Shown: one piece after another, positions 1 to 10,114 of the stretch
Numbering within the stretch: position 1 is the stretch's first letter
Layout: each line of letters begins with the position of its first letter
Assembly (NCBI GenBank): GCA_047173105.1
Contig: JBCQVM010000005.1
Coordinates: 2,863 to 66,862, forward strand
Length of the DNA stretch: 64,000 bases
Source of the DNA: Rikenellaceae bacterium
GTDB lineage: Bacteria; Bacteroidota; Bacteroidia; Bacteroidales; Rikenellaceae
Direction: 5' to 3'
Made by a program: the position numbers and the translations under genes
The notes under the pieces: generated by a model
What the model was told of the DNA's origin: nothing
The model's database searches: none
Seen by the model: the letters and a program-made list of their open reading frames with translations, nothing else

Positions 1-168
1 TGAGGTGGGTGCAGCAGTGTGAGCCTTCTGGTAGCTCTCGATCGCCCCCGTATAGTTATTTTTGTTGTAGGCTCTATTGCCCTTGCGCACCAAGGCGCGC
101 TCGGGAAGCTCCTGCGCCGTGAGGCTTATGCAGAAAAGCGTAGCAACAATTGTTAATAAGTATCTCAT
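1..168 (-). CDS. TPR-like secreted protein, N-terminal fragment running off the window (BatC-like position downstream of the MoxR/DUF58 genes)
   Basis: Manual minus-strand read: ATG at 168..166, MRYLLTIVATLFCISLTAQELPERALVRKGNRAYNKNNYTGAIESYQKAHTAAPTS. Signal-peptide-like N-terminus followed by a TPR-like motif. Open to the window edge and not in the ORF track. Confidence 0.45.
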   Translation of the reverse strand, partial: MRYLLTIVATLFCISLTAQELPERALVRKGNRAYNKNNYTGAIESYQKAHTAAPTS

Positions 169-179
169 AACATCTATCT

Positions 180-1187
180 TTATTTGTTGTTCTGCGAGCC
201 GCTAACGTCGAATAACTCCTCTTCGGCATGGGCATCAATCTCCTCTTGGATCTTGGTCTCCTCCACGAAGTAGTATGCCTTGAGGTAGTAGGCCTCGTTC
301 TCCTCGCTGTCGGGTGTTGCTTTGGCAAACTTCACAAGGTCAGCATCACGGAGTAGCTTTGTGAGATCCATGCTGCTACGAGAGGGAAGATCCTCGATAC
401 CATTCATCGCTGCAATAATCTCCTCGGAGGTCATCTCCATTGCCGCTACCGAGTAGCGACGCGAGATGTAGTGGCGCAGGATATTGGTGAGCGACGAGTA
501 GTACTCCTTATATTTAGCATTCTGCCACAACTTCTGGTTGTGCAGCTGCTCGAGTGCCTTGATCGCCTCGATGTGTGGCGGAGGCGGAGGGGTTGGGCGG
601 AATAGATCGGTGATCTTCTTGCCTCGCGCATCGAGGTAGCGCACAAGGCCGTAGATAGCAGCAGCTAAGATAAGCAGCGCCAAGATAGTCCACTTGGCAT
701 AGCCCTTCACCTCGGCCATCTGGAATGGCATGGTGCGTTGCGGCTTGAGATCAAAGATGGCGTGCGAGGTGGAGTCGATCAGAAAGGTGGTTACGTCGAG
801 CATCACCGAGTCTCTCGAGTAGAGGGTGTCGACCAAATTTTTGTCGACATAGAGCGCACTGGCCACGCCCAAATTGTGGCGTCCCTCCTCGAATGCCGCA
901 AAGACGTAGCGACGACGCAACTGCAATCGACGCCCCGTTTGGCTGAGGGTGTCGATTGGTAGCGCCTCCACAAATTCGATCGGGTCGCCCTCGTTAGGAG
1001 CGAATTCGGGGAATTCGACCACCTGCACTAAGTCGCGATCAATGGTGATAGAGTAGGTAAATCTATCGCCAATACCGATGCTATCTTGTTCTACGCGAGC
1101 TTCCACCGTTGGCACCTGAGCCCATAGCGTAGGGGCGGAGGTAGCCAAAAGGAGCGTAGCGGCTATAATAACTCTCTTTGTTATCAT
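180..1187 (-). CDS. Bat-operon membrane protein: signal peptide, BatD-like periplasmic domain, one TM helix, DUF4381-like cytoplasmic tail
   Basis: 335 aa ORF. N-terminal signal peptide, TM helix WTILALLILAAAIYGLVRYL, then a PPPPPH..AIKALEQL segment typical of the third gene of MoxR/DUF58 operons. ATGA overlap with the upstream DUF58 gene. Confidence 0.6.
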   Translation of the reverse strand: MITKRVIIAATLLLATSAPTLWAQVPTVEARVEQDSIGIGDRFTYSITIDRDLVQVVEFPEFAPNEGDPIEFVEALPIDTLSQTGRRLQLRRRYVFAAFEEGRHNLGVASALYVDKNLVDTLYSRDSVMLDVTTFLIDSTSHAIFDLKPQRTMPFQMAEVKGYAKWTILALLILAAAIYGLVRYLDARGKKITDLFRPTPPPPPHIEAIKALEQLHNQKLWQNAKYKEYYSSLTNILRHYISRRYSVAAMEMTSEEIIAAMNGIEDLPSRSSMDLTKLLRDADLVKFAKATPDSEENEAYYLKAYYFVEETKIQEEIDAHAEEELFDVSGSQNNK

Positions 1188-2074
1188 CGTTGTTTAAACA
1201 ATTTTATAAGTTCGACTACATAATCGCTGTCGGTCGAGATGGTCGCCGTGTCGATTCTGTTGTGGCTCAGTAGCTCCACAATCTCATCGCTGGTGGCCTG
1301 CCATGCCGCTGCATAGTGCTCACGCACAGCCCTCGAGGCGGTGTCGACCCATACTTTCTCGCCACTCTCGGCATCTTTCAGCTCGACGATACCTACGTTC
1401 GGTAGCTCCGTTTCGCGACGGTCGAAGACCCTGATACCCACCAAATCGTGCTTCGAACGGGCGATCTTTAGCGCATCGTTGAGCACCCGTTTGTCGGCGG
1501 CCGGTGAGAGAAAATCCGAGAGGATAAAGGTGGTGCAGCGCTTCTTGTTGACATTCGAGAGGAAGCGCACAGCCTCGGCGATAGAGGTGCCAGCAGATTC
1601 GGGCTTGAAACTAATGAGTTCGCGAATAATCATCAAGATATGGCTCTTGCCCTTCTTGGGCGGGATAAATTTCTCGATCTTGTCCGAGAAGAGAATGCAG
1701 CCCACCTTGTCGCTATTTTGCGCCGCCGAGAATGCCAATACTGCGGCGATCTCGGTGATGACGTTCTTCTTCATGCGCTCCGTGGTACCGAACATGCGCG
1801 AACCGCTCACGTCGACCATAAGCATCATCGTCAGCTCGCGTTCCTCCTCATAGACCTTGATATATGGCTTCTCGGAGCGAGCCGTGACATTCCAGTCGAT
1901 ATCACGCACGTCGTCTCCCGCTCTATATTCGCGCACCTCCGAGAAGGACATACCACGCCCGCGGAAAGCAGTGTGGTACTTTCCGGCGAAGATCTCGTTG
2001 CTGAGCCCTCGAGTCTTGATCTCGATTTTGCGGACTCTGCTCAGGATATCTGTTTCAGCCTCTACGATTGCCAT
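1184..2074 (-). CDS. DUF58 domain protein (vWA-like partner of MoxR)
   Basis: 296 aa. Contains the REYRAGDDVRDIDWNVTAR motif characteristic of DUF58. TAATG overlap with the MoxR gene. Confidence 0.85.
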   Translation of the reverse strand: MAIVEAETDILSRVRKIEIKTRGLSNEIFAGKYHTAFRGRGMSFSEVREYRAGDDVRDIDWNVTARSEKPYIKVYEEERELTMMLMVDVSGSRMFGTTERMKKNVITEIAAVLAFSAAQNSDKVGCILFSDKIEKFIPPKKGKSHILMIIRELISFKPESAGTSIAEAVRFLSNVNKKRCTTFILSDFLSPAADKRVLNDALKIARSKHDLVGIRVFDRRETELPNVGIVELKDAESGEKVWVDTASRAVREHYAAAWQATSDEIVELLSHNRIDTATISTDSDYVVELIKLFKQR

Positions 2075-3072
2075 TAGGGTACAATTACGTTGTTAAGAAT
2101 CTCGGTGATGATATCCTCCGAGGTGATATTCTCTGCCTCAGCCTCGTAGCTAAGACCGATACGATGGCGCAAAACGTCGTGACATACGGCACGCACATCC
2201 TCGGGGATAACATATCCGCGACGACGAATAAAGGCGTAAGCGCGAGCAGCCTTAGCGAGCGAAATGCTGGCACGTGGCGATCCACCATAAGAGATAAGCT
2301 TCTTCAATCGCTCGAGGTTATACTCCGCAGGCTCGCGCGTTGCGAAGATAATATCGACGATATATTTCTCGATCTTCTCGTCCATATAGACATCCTCGAC
2401 CACCTTGCGAGCTTTGACGATATCCTCGGGCGAGATCACTTTGCTCACCTTGGGGAAGCCGCCACCGTTGAGATTCATGCGCATGATATCACGCTCCTCC
2501 TGCTTCTTGGGATATGTGATACGCGCCTTGAGCATAAAACGGTCAACCTGCGCCTCGGGTAGAGGATAGGTTCCCTCCTGCTCCAATGGGTTCTGCGTAG
2601 CTAAAACCAAGAAGGGCTGGGGTAGCTGATATGTCTGGTCGCCTAAAGTCACTTGGCGCTCCTGCATCGCCTCCAAAAGTGCCGATTGCACCTTAGCAGG
2701 GGAGCGGTTGATCTCATCGGCCAATACAAAGTTGGCGAACACAGGTCCCTTCTTCACCACGAACTCCTCGCTCTTTTGCGAGTAGATCAGCGTACCGATC
2801 AAATCGGCAGGCAGAAGGTCGGGGGTGAACTGAATACGCGAGAAGTCGGCATCGACAGCCTTAGCAAGCGTAGTGATAGCCAAAGTCTTAGCCAATCCCG
2901 GAACACCCTCCAAAAGGATGTGACCATTGGACAAAAGGCCAATTAGAAGCGTGTCGACCAAGTGGCCTTGACCCACGATAACTTTACTCATCTCACCGCG
3001 AAGGGTGTCTACAAAAAGGCTCTCGCGCTCGATACGCTCGTTAAGCTCTTTGATGTTAATTACTTCACTCAT
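2074..3072 (-). CDS. MoxR-family AAA+ ATPase
   Basis: 332 aa. Walker A LLEGVPGLAKT, Walker B FVLADEINR, and a typical MoxR C-terminus. Confidence 0.92.
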   Translation of the reverse strand: MSEVINIKELNERIERESLFVDTLRGEMSKVIVGQGHLVDTLLIGLLSNGHILLEGVPGLAKTLAITTLAKAVDADFSRIQFTPDLLPADLIGTLIYSQKSEEFVVKKGPVFANFVLADEINRSPAKVQSALLEAMQERQVTLGDQTYQLPQPFLVLATQNPLEQEGTYPLPEAQVDRFMLKARITYPKKQEERDIMRMNLNGGGFPKVSKVISPEDIVKARKVVEDVYMDEKIEKYIVDIIFATREPAEYNLERLKKLISYGGSPRASISLAKAARAYAFIRRRGYVIPEDVRAVCHDVLRHRIGLSYEAEAENITSEDIITEILNNVIVP

Positions 3073-3200
3073 TGAATTACTATGTTTTTATTTTTAATGT
3101 TTTTGAATTTACCTATGTATAACGTTTGCTCCACAAAAATATTATTTTTTTTCGCAAATAAAAAATTTATATTGATTAGTATTTGTTCTTTTCGCCAAAT

Positions 3201-3283
3201 ACGTCATCCCCGTGAAAGCGGGGATCTTATACAAGCGCAATGTGATGGGTGAATTAAGATTTCCGTTTTCACGGCAGTGACGT
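3201..3283. repeat. family-A double-hairpin intergenic element (variant with TCCCCG/CGGGGA stem)
   Basis: ACGTCATCCCCGTGAAAGCGGGGATCTTA - centre ACAAGCGCAA - TTAAGATTTCCGTTTTCACGGCAGTGACGT. Confidence 0.85.
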
Positions 3284-3359
3284 GGAAGTGTCGGCAATGA
3301 TGTGGAGGAGCGAAAAGAGTGTAGCTTTAGAGGTATAACCCGAAAAAGAGGTCAAAAAA

Positions 3360-3391
3360 TTTGGAAATTAATTTTTTCATTTTTACCTTTG
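3360..3391 (+). promoter_or_regulatory. Bacteroidota-type promoter upstream of greA (TTTG-N20-TACCTTTG)
   Basis: TTTG at 3360-3363 and TAnnTTTG box TACCTTTG at 3384-3391. Consensus known from Bacteroides promoter studies. Confidence 0.45.
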
Positions 3392-3478
3392 CCTATAGCA
3401 AAAGGGGTTCTGACCTGTAAAAGGGGTTGGACTCTTTATTTTTATTGCTTACCTTAAACATAAACGTTAGACAAAGTT

Positions 3479-3955
3479 ATGGCAAACGAAATTATTTACC
3501 TCACAGCGGAGGGTTACAAAAAGCTCAAAGAGGAGCTCGACTACATGCGTTCGGTGGAGCGTCCAGAGAGTGCGGCGGCGATTGCCGAGGCGCGCGACAA
3601 AGGCGACTTGTCGGAGAATGCCGAGTATGATGCTGCGCGTGAGGCACAGGGACTATTAGAGATGCGAATAGCCAAGGCCGAGGCTGTCCTAAATAATTCG
3701 CGCGTTATCGACGAGACCAAGATCGACACCAGCAAAGTACAGATCCTCAGCAAGGTAACCCTACTTAACTGCAATACCAACAAGCAAGTTACCTACACCA
3801 TCGTATCGGAGAACGAGGCTAATTTGCGCGAGGGTAAGTTGGCGATCGGAACTCCAATTGCCAAGGCAATTTTAGGCAAGAAGAAGGGCGAGAAGGTCGA
3901 GGTAGTGGTTCCTGCGGGCACCATTGGTTTTGAGATCGTCGATATTTCGATCTAA
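3479..3955 (+). CDS. greA: transcription elongation factor GreA
   Basis: 158 aa. LT.EGY.KL..EL..L...R, DLSENAEYDAA coiled coil, C-terminal FKBP-like domain. Confidence 0.95.
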   Translation: MANEIIYLTAEGYKKLKEELDYMRSVERPESAAAIAEARDKGDLSENAEYDAAREAQGLLEMRIAKAEAVLNNSRVIDETKIDTSKVQILSKVTLLNCNTNKQVTYTIVSENEANLREGKLAIGTPIAKAILGKKKGEKVEVVVPAGTIGFEIVDISI

Positions 3956-4001
3956 TTATATATAGGTCTGCCCTAATTTCAGAACAATACAAAATACAAA
4001 T

Positions 4002-5390
4002 ATGAGAAGTCCAAGAATCGCAGAGCTACTTAGCTCTAAGGCAACCGATACGGAGGTTGTAGTCAAAGGTTGGGTGCGCACCAAGCGTGGCAACAAGAAT
4101 GTAGCGTTTATCGCCCTTAACGACGGTTCGTGTCAAAATAATATTCAGGTGGTAGTCGACCTTGCAAAGATCAGCGAGGAACAGCTTAAGGGAGTCACCA
4201 CGGGTGCATGTATTGCAGTCGATGGTCTTTTGGTCGCTTCGATGGGTGCTGGTCAAGGTGTTGAGGTTCAGGCCTCTAAGATCGAGATTTATGGTACTGC
4301 CGATCCCGAGACATACCCTTTGCAGAAGAAGGGACACTCGCTCGAGTTCTTGCGCGATATCGCCTACCTACGTCCTCGCACCAACACTTTTGGTGCGGTG
4401 TTGCGTATTCGTCACGCCATGGCATTCGCGATCCACTCCTACTTCAACGAGCGTAAATTCTTCTACCTCCACACGCCGCTTATCACCGGTTCGGACTGCG
4501 AGGGAGCGGGGCAGATGTTCAATGTTACCACTTTGGATGTTGCAAATCCTCCCCGCACGGAGGATGGAGCTGTTGATTACTCCCAAGATTTCTTCGGAAA
4601 GGCTTGTAACCTAACGGTTTCGGGTCAGTTGGAGGGTGAGTTAGGTGCCCTTGCGATGGGTCAGATCTACACCTTTGGCCCCACTTTCCGTGCCGAGAAT
4701 TCCAACACTCCTCGCCACTTGGCGGAGTTCTGGATGATCGAGCCCGAGATGGCCTTCTACGACTTGGAGGACAATATGGAGTTGGCCGAAGATTTTTTGA
4801 AATACCTTATTCGTTACGCCTTAGACAACTGTGCTGAGGATCTCGAATTTATGAATAAGATGTGGGACAAGGAGCTTTTGGAGCGCCTTAACTTCGTGAT
4901 AAACAACGATTTTGTGCGCCTCGACTACACCGAGGGTATCGATATCCTCAAAGCTTCGGGACGCAAATTTGAGTTCGCCGTAGATTGGGGCTCAGACCTT
5001 CAGAGTGAGCACGAGCGCTACTTGGTGGAGGAGCATTTCAAAAAACCGGTGATCCTAATTAACTACCCCAAGGAGATCAAATCGTTCTACATGAAGCAGA
5101 ATGAGGATGGTCGCACTGTGCGTGCGATGGATGTTCTATTCCCAAAAATAGGCGAGATAATAGGAGGTTCGGAGCGTGAGGCAGACTTTGGCAAACTTTC
5201 TGCTCGTGTAGCAGAGCTTGGCATGAGCGAGGAGGATGTATGGTGGTACCTCGACACACGTCGTTGGGGATCGGCTCCGCACTCGGGATTCGGACTTGGG
5301 TTCGAGCGCCTTCTGCTCTTTGTAACGGGTATGGCTAACATCCGCGATGTGATTCCATTCCCCCGCACACCAAAGAACGCAGAGTTTTAG
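4002..5390 (+). CDS. asnS: asparagine--tRNA ligase
   Basis: 462 aa. Class IIb motifs (GWVRTKR OB fold, [36 protein letters not shown]). Confidence 0.95.
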   Translation: MRSPRIAELLSSKATDTEVVVKGWVRTKRGNKNVAFIALNDGSCQNNIQVVVDLAKISEEQLKGVTTGACIAVDGLLVASMGAGQGVEVQASKIEIYGTADPETYPLQKKGHSLEFLRDIAYLRPRTNTFGAVLRIRHAMAFAIHSYFNERKFFYLHTPLITGSDCEGAGQMFNVTTLDVANPPRTEDGAVDYSQDFFGKACNLTVSGQLEGELGALAMGQIYTFGPTFRAENSNTPRHLAEFWMIEPEMAFYDLEDNMELAEDFLKYLIRYALDNCAEDLEFMNKMWDKELLERLNFVINNDFVRLDYTEGIDILKASGRKFEFAVDWGSDLQSEHERYLVEEHFKKPVILINYPKEIKSFYMKQNEDGRTVRAMDVLFPKIGEIIGGSEREADFGKLSARVAELGMSEEDVWWYLDTRRWGSAPHSGFGLGFERLLLFVTGMANIRDVIPFPRTPKNAEF

Positions 5391-5492
5391 GTTACCTTTT
5401 TAACCTCGACCCTTGAGAGTTCGTTGTCAAGCACGCACGGCTACAACATTTTATTTATGAGTGATTAAACTCGAATTCTGAAAGAGAAGAGT

Positions 5493-6911
5493 ATGGCAAT
5501 AAACCAGAGGCAACAGCTATCGCTACAACAGAAGCTATCGCCACAGCAGATACAGATGATAAAGCTGCTCGAACTGCCCGCAATGCAGCTCGAGCAGCGT
5601 ATCAAACAAGAGATCGAGGAGAATGTAGTGCTCGACGAAATCGCCACCCAGAGCGAGGAGGAGGAGCCACGACAACTCTCCATGGAGGAGTATCTGCGCG
5701 AGGATGACACACCCTCCTACAAGAGTCGAATCAACAACTATTCTAAAGACGATAAGCAGCGCCCAGTCTATATGACCGGTGGTCGCTCGCTACAAGAGTT
5801 CCTTACCGAGCAATTAGGCTATAAGAGCCTCAACGAGCGTGAAATGGCCATTGCCATCTACCTTGTGGGCAGCATCGACGAGGATGGATACCTGCGTCGT
5901 GACTTGGAGTCCATCAGCGACGATATCGCTTTCACCGTGGGGCTCGAGGTCACCGTTGCAGAGATAGAATGCATCCTGCGTGTGATCCACGAATTGGAGC
6001 CTACCGGCGTGGGAGCACGCAACCTCCAAGAGTGTCTACTGCTTCAAATTGAGCAGTTTAGCCACCTCACAGCAGCACAACGCATGGCGCGCAAGATCAT
6101 CACCTCGCACTACGATGAGTTCGTCAAGAAGCACTATGAGAAGCTAATCTCACGCCTCCAAGTGAGCGAGGATGATTTCCGCGAGGCCATCGATGAGATC
6201 AAGCGTCTGGCTCCCAAGCCCGGCAACCTATATAACGAAGGGGGTTCCGACACCACCCCCTATATCACCCCCGACTTTATTCTCGACAACCACGATGGGG
6301 TCTTCGACCTCTCACTCAATTCGTATAATGTTCCCGAGGTCAAAGTCAACCGCCGATATATGGATATGATCCGCGATATGGTCGGCTCCGATGGATCCAT
6401 CAAGGAGAAGGATAAGGAGGCATTGCAGTTTGTAAAGAGTAAGATCGACTCGGCTAAGTGGTTTATTTCGGCCATCAAGCAGCGCCACGACACGCTTATG
6501 CGAACTATGCAGGCGATCTTGGAGTATCAGTACGACTACTTCGAGGATGGCGACAAGAGCAAACTGCGCCCGATGATCCTTAAGGATATCGCCGAGGCAA
6601 CCGAGCTCGATGTATCGACAATCTCGCGCGTGGTAAACAGTAAATATGTACAGACTCAATTTGGGATAATCTTGCTTAAATCGCTCTTCTCCGAGGCGAT
6701 GCAGACCGATTCAGGTGAGGAGGTCTCGAGCCACGAGATCAAAACGATACTCCAGCAATGTATCGACGAGGAGAACAAACGCAAGCCCCTCACCGACGAA
6801 ATCCTAATGGAGATCCTCAATTCCAAAGGCTACCGCATCGCTCGCCGCACCGTGGCCAAATATCGCGAGATGCTCGATATTCCTGTGGCTCGTCTGCGCA
6901 AGCAGCTATAG
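5493..6911 (+). CDS. rpoN: RNA polymerase sigma-54 factor
   Basis: 472 aa. Gln-rich region I (LSLQQKLSPQQIQMIKLLELP) and a C-terminal RpoN box ARRTVAKYRE. Confidence 0.93.
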   Translation: MAINQRQQLSLQQKLSPQQIQMIKLLELPAMQLEQRIKQEIEENVVLDEIATQSEEEEPRQLSMEEYLREDDTPSYKSRINNYSKDDKQRPVYMTGGRSLQEFLTEQLGYKSLNEREMAIAIYLVGSIDEDGYLRRDLESISDDIAFTVGLEVTVAEIECILRVIHELEPTGVGARNLQECLLLQIEQFSHLTAAQRMARKIITSHYDEFVKKHYEKLISRLQVSEDDFREAIDEIKRLAPKPGNLYNEGGSDTTPYITPDFILDNHDGVFDLSLNSYNVPEVKVNRRYMDMIRDMVGSDGSIKEKDKEALQFVKSKIDSAKWFISAIKQRHDTLMRTMQAILEYQYDYFEDGDKSKLRPMILKDIAEATELDVSTISRVVNSKYVQTQFGIILLKSLFSEAMQTDSGEEVSSHEIKTILQQCIDEENKRKPLTDEILMEILNSKGYRIARRTVAKYREMLDIPVARLRKQL

Positions 6912-6943
6912 CGGCACCGAATAATTTCAGCAGGGATATAAGT

Positions 6944-7078
6944 CGTCATGTCATCTCGCACCTCCACGTCATTCTCACACCTCCACGTCATTCTCGCACC
7001 TCCACGTCATTCTCGCGAAAGCGGGAATCTTAACAACCCCTGCGTTTGCATAAGATTCCCGCTTTCGCGAGGATGATG
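6944..7078. repeat. family-A element (inverted orientation) preceded by 19-bp x3 tandem copies of its terminus
   Basis: CCTCCACGTCATTCTC(A/G)C(A/G) x3, then ...CGCGAAAGCGGGAATCTTA - GCGTTTGCA - TAAGATTCCCGCTTTCGCGAGGATGATG. Confidence 0.85.
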
Positions 7079-7144
7079 AAAAATGAGTATTACGTGAGGA
7101 TCAAAAAACGCAGCAAAGCCCCAAATTTCGCCACAGAGCTATCG

Positions 7145-7915
7145 CTAACGCCCCATCCAGCCGCCATCGACAAGCATAACAGAACCATGCATGTATTCTG
7201 CGGCCTTAGAGCACAAGAACACCACAGGCCCTCCAAAATCCTCGGGAGTGCCCCAGCGCCCTGCGGGGATACGACTTAGGATTGACTCGGAGCGCTCGGC
7301 GTCGGCACGCAGTGCTGCGGTATTGTCGGTGGTGATATACCCCGGCGCTATTGCGTTGACATTCACTCCCTTGCCTGCCCATTCATTGGCCAATGCCATA
7401 GTCATCTGACCCACGGCACCCTTCGATGCGGCGTAGCTTGGGACGTTGATTCCGCCTTGGAAGGTGAGTAGCGAAGCGGTAAAAACGATCTTGCCTGCAC
7501 CTCGTGCGATCATCTCGCGCCCAAATTCGCGGGCGAGGATAAACTGAGCGCTCTGGTTAATCTCGATTATGGAGTCCCACATCTGGTCAGAGTGCTCGGC
7601 AGCGGGGGCGCGCTCGATGTTTCCTGCGTTATTGATCAAGATATCGACAACAGGAAAGTCGGCTTTGACCGCCGCGATAAAGTTGTAGAGCGCCTTGCGA
7701 TCGGAGAAGTCGCAGGTATAGCCTCGGAAGTTACGTCCCAAGGCTTTAACCTCCTTTTCGACTTCGCTGCCCTCGCTCTCGAGAGTTGCGCTAACGCCGA
7801 TGACGTCGGCACCGGCAGCAGCCAACGCCACTGCCATGCCTTTGCCGATTCCGCGCTTGCACCCAGTTACAAGTGCCGTTTTGCCCTCGAGGCTAAAAAT
7901 ATCTAAGTAGCTCAT
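7145..7915 (-). CDS. kduD: 2-dehydro-3-deoxy-D-gluconate 5-dehydrogenase-type SDR (KduD-like)
   Basis: 256 aa. Close end-to-end resemblance to KduD (FSLEGK.A.VTGC..G.G.GMA, SYAASK, IPAGRWG.P.D, VDGGW). Confidence 0.8.
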   Translation of the reverse strand: MSYLDIFSLEGKTALVTGCKRGIGKGMAVALAAAGADVIGVSATLESEGSEVEKEVKALGRNFRGYTCDFSDRKALYNFIAAVKADFPVVDILINNAGNIERAPAAEHSDQMWDSIIEINQSAQFILAREFGREMIARGAGKIVFTASLLTFQGGINVPSYAASKGAVGQMTMALANEWAGKGVNVNAIAPGYITTDNTAALRADAERSESILSRIPAGRWGTPEDFGGPVVFLCSKAAEYMHGSVMLVDGGWMGR

Positions 7916-7918
7916 CTG

Positions 7919-8368
7919 TTATAGAAGCACCTTTACGATAGCCTTCTTTACAACACCCTCACCGATCATCGGAGCGTGACCATCCTCGGGAAGAAGAAGC
8001 GTGAATTGACCGGGGCGGATCTTGTAGATCGTCTGGTAGTCATCTTCGAATAGTTGCACATCCTTTACGGTGTCGAACTCCGCGATAGGCTTTTGGAGCA
8101 TGCAACGCTCGAGGTAACCGAAGCCCTCCTCGGTGCCTTGAACGAGGATCTGGATATCAGCGTAGAGGTCATGCACCTCCAATTTAGCTACTCCCTCGGC
8201 TTTCAGCTCGCGCTCCAAAACGTTAACAAAAATTTCGTCGCCATCGATTTCGTGGCGTCCAGCCTCGAGTGCTGCGAGGTCTGTTGATTTGATGTACTCA
8301 AAAGCCTTCTGGAAGCGTGGTGAGATTGAGTAATAAAGCTCTGCGTTTTTGATTGAATCTAAGATCAT
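7919..8368 (-). CDS. YhcH/YjgK/YiaL (DUF386) family protein
   Basis: 149 aa. Cupin-like size and motifs (GRHEIDGD.IFV, LEVHDLYADIQ, PEDGHAP). Confidence 0.75.
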   Translation of the reverse strand: MILDSIKNAELYYSISPRFQKAFEYIKSTDLAALEAGRHEIDGDEIFVNVLERELKAEGVAKLEVHDLYADIQILVQGTEEGFGYLERCMLQKPIAEFDTVKDVQLFEDDYQTIYKIRPGQFTLLLPEDGHAPMIGEGVVKKAIVKVLL

Positions 8369-8372
8369 AATA

Positions 8373-9479
8373 TTATAGTTTAATGGTTGTTATGACGGGT
8401 AGATGATCCGAGAGGGTGAGCGAGTCAACCTCTTGGTATGAAAGCACCTCGAAGATGTCGTCGACCAAGATATAGTCGATGCGCAGCAGATTCATAAATC
8501 CGCGATATGTATATGTATATCCTGTACCTGCCTCTTGGAAAGTATCTTGAAGGCCGTTTGAGATCTTGCGGAAAGCGTATGAGTTGGGCGTGTCGTTGAA
8601 GTCGCCGCAGACGATCACCGGATAGGGCGAGGCAGCGATGCTTGTGGCGATGGAGTCGGCCTGTGTGGCGCGACCTATCGAGCTGCGACGGAAGCGAGAG
8701 ATCATCCCCTTAAGCTTGTCCTCGCTCTGTGAGTCGCTTATAAACTCCATATTGCTTAGGTAATCATCGTCACTGAGGGTAATTGCCGTAGAGTGGAGAT
8801 GGAGGTTGTAGAGGCGCACCGTGTCGCTGGAGATCAGCAGATCAACCCAGAAACCACTACCGCTATCTGAGTCATCCCTCAATAGCTCATCGCTGGTCTC
8901 GAGGATCTTATAGCGCGAGAAGATCGCCTGCTGCGAGACCACAGCACGGTAATATTTTTTCAGGAAGTCTGAGTAGTCCTTGCCTTTGAATCGGTTTTTG
9001 TCGAACTCTTGCAGGCAGACTATATCCATATTCTGCTCCTCGATAAACTCCTCGATTTGGTCGGTTGTCACATTCTTGTCGCGATCCACCATGCCGTGTG
9101 TGTTGTAGCTTATTAGTCGTATTGTGCCGCGACGCGGAGGGGCGCCATAGTGCTTTGCGGTCTCAATCTTGCCGTAATGCGAGATATTGGGAGCCCCAAC
9201 CAAGAGCGGAAGCAGCAAGGTGCAAGCATAGATCAAACGCCAGCGGATCACCCAATAGAGCATCAGCAGCGTGGTGAATAGATAGGTTGCAGGCGAGACA
9301 AGCCCCAACACCGGAAAAATCCAGTGGGTCGATGGGTCGTAGTATGAGGTGACCAGCGTGAGGCATATCGCCGCGAAGGCTATGAGGCTTACGACCAACA
9401 TTATAGTGTCGATCACCACCATCACAACTGATCGCTTCTTTGGCGCTCGTGCGGTTCTATCGTAATAGTAATCTTCCAT
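8373..9479 (-). CDS. membrane-anchored endonuclease/exonuclease/phosphatase (EEP) family protein
   Basis: 368 aa. N-terminal TM helices, then EEP motifs (SYN.HGM, CLQEF, GDFNDTP, SDHLPV). Confidence 0.8.
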   Translation of the reverse strand: MEDYYYDRTARAPKKRSVVMVVIDTIMLVVSLIAFAAICLTLVTSYYDPSTHWIFPVLGLVSPATYLFTTLLMLYWVIRWRLIYACTLLLPLLVGAPNISHYGKIETAKHYGAPPRRGTIRLISYNTHGMVDRDKNVTTDQIEEFIEEQNMDIVCLQEFDKNRFKGKDYSDFLKKYYRAVVSQQAIFSRYKILETSDELLRDDSDSGSGFWVDLLISSDTVRLYNLHLHSTAITLSDDDYLSNMEFISDSQSEDKLKGMISRFRRSSIGRATQADSIATSIAASPYPVIVCGDFNDTPNSYAFRKISNGLQDTFQEAGTGYTYTYRGFMNLLRIDYILVDDIFEVLSYQEVDSLTLSDHLPVITTIKL

Positions 9480-10087
9480 TATCTTCGACGCGAATGGCTA
9501 ATCTTTTTCCAATACATTAGCAGCAGATATCCTCCAATCATACCGCCCAAGTGTGCGAAGTGAGCCACACCCATCTGGCGACCGCTAACTCCCAAGAAGA
9601 GCTCGATAACGCCATAGATCATCACAAACCACTTGGCTTTGATGGGGATGGGTGGAATTAGAAGCATGATAATCTGGTTGGGGAAGAGCACGCCAAAGGC
9701 CAAGAGCAGTCCAAAGACCGATCCCGAGGCACCCACCGTGGGATACATTCCATTTGTTGCGGCGCTCACGGCCAACTGGATCAAACCTGCCGAAATTCCA
9801 CATACCATATAATATGTCAAGAATCGCTTCTGCCCAAAGACCTGCTCCAATGTTCGGCCAAACATCCATAGCGAGAACATATTGAAGAATAGGTGGTTGA
9901 CGTTGGCATGCATAAACATATAGGTCACCACTTGGAAAGGCTTGAATAGAGGCGAGTTAACACCCCAAAGGGCGAAGTAGCGATAGAAGAAGTCAGGGCT
10001 GAAGATGTTAGTTGCCATCAGCACCAAGCAATTTACTATCATTAGGTTAAGCACCACGGGTGGTGCGAACGAGCGAAGTGATCTCAT
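9479..10087 (-). CDS. rhomboid family intramembrane serine protease
   Basis: 202 aa polytopic protein. Contains GASGSVFGLL (catalytic Ser) and AHFAHLGG (catalytic His). 1-nt overlap with the EEP gene. Confidence 0.88.
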   Translation of the reverse strand: MRSLRSFAPPVVLNLMIVNCLVLMATNIFSPDFFYRYFALWGVNSPLFKPFQVVTYMFMHANVNHLFFNMFSLWMFGRTLEQVFGQKRFLTYYMVCGISAGLIQLAVSAATNGMYPTVGASGSVFGLLLAFGVLFPNQIIMLLIPPIPIKAKWFVMIYGVIELFLGVSGRQMGVAHFAHLGGMIGGYLLLMYWKKISHSRRR

Positions 10088-10114
10088 ATCTTTTTTATCT
10101 CTTATTTTTAGTTT

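Noticed and set aside
74-328. 84-aa minus-strand ORF overlapping the end of the 335-aa Bat-like gene.
   Set aside because: It is out of frame with two better-supported ORFs (180..1187 and 1..168) and has an Arg-rich antisense-like composition.
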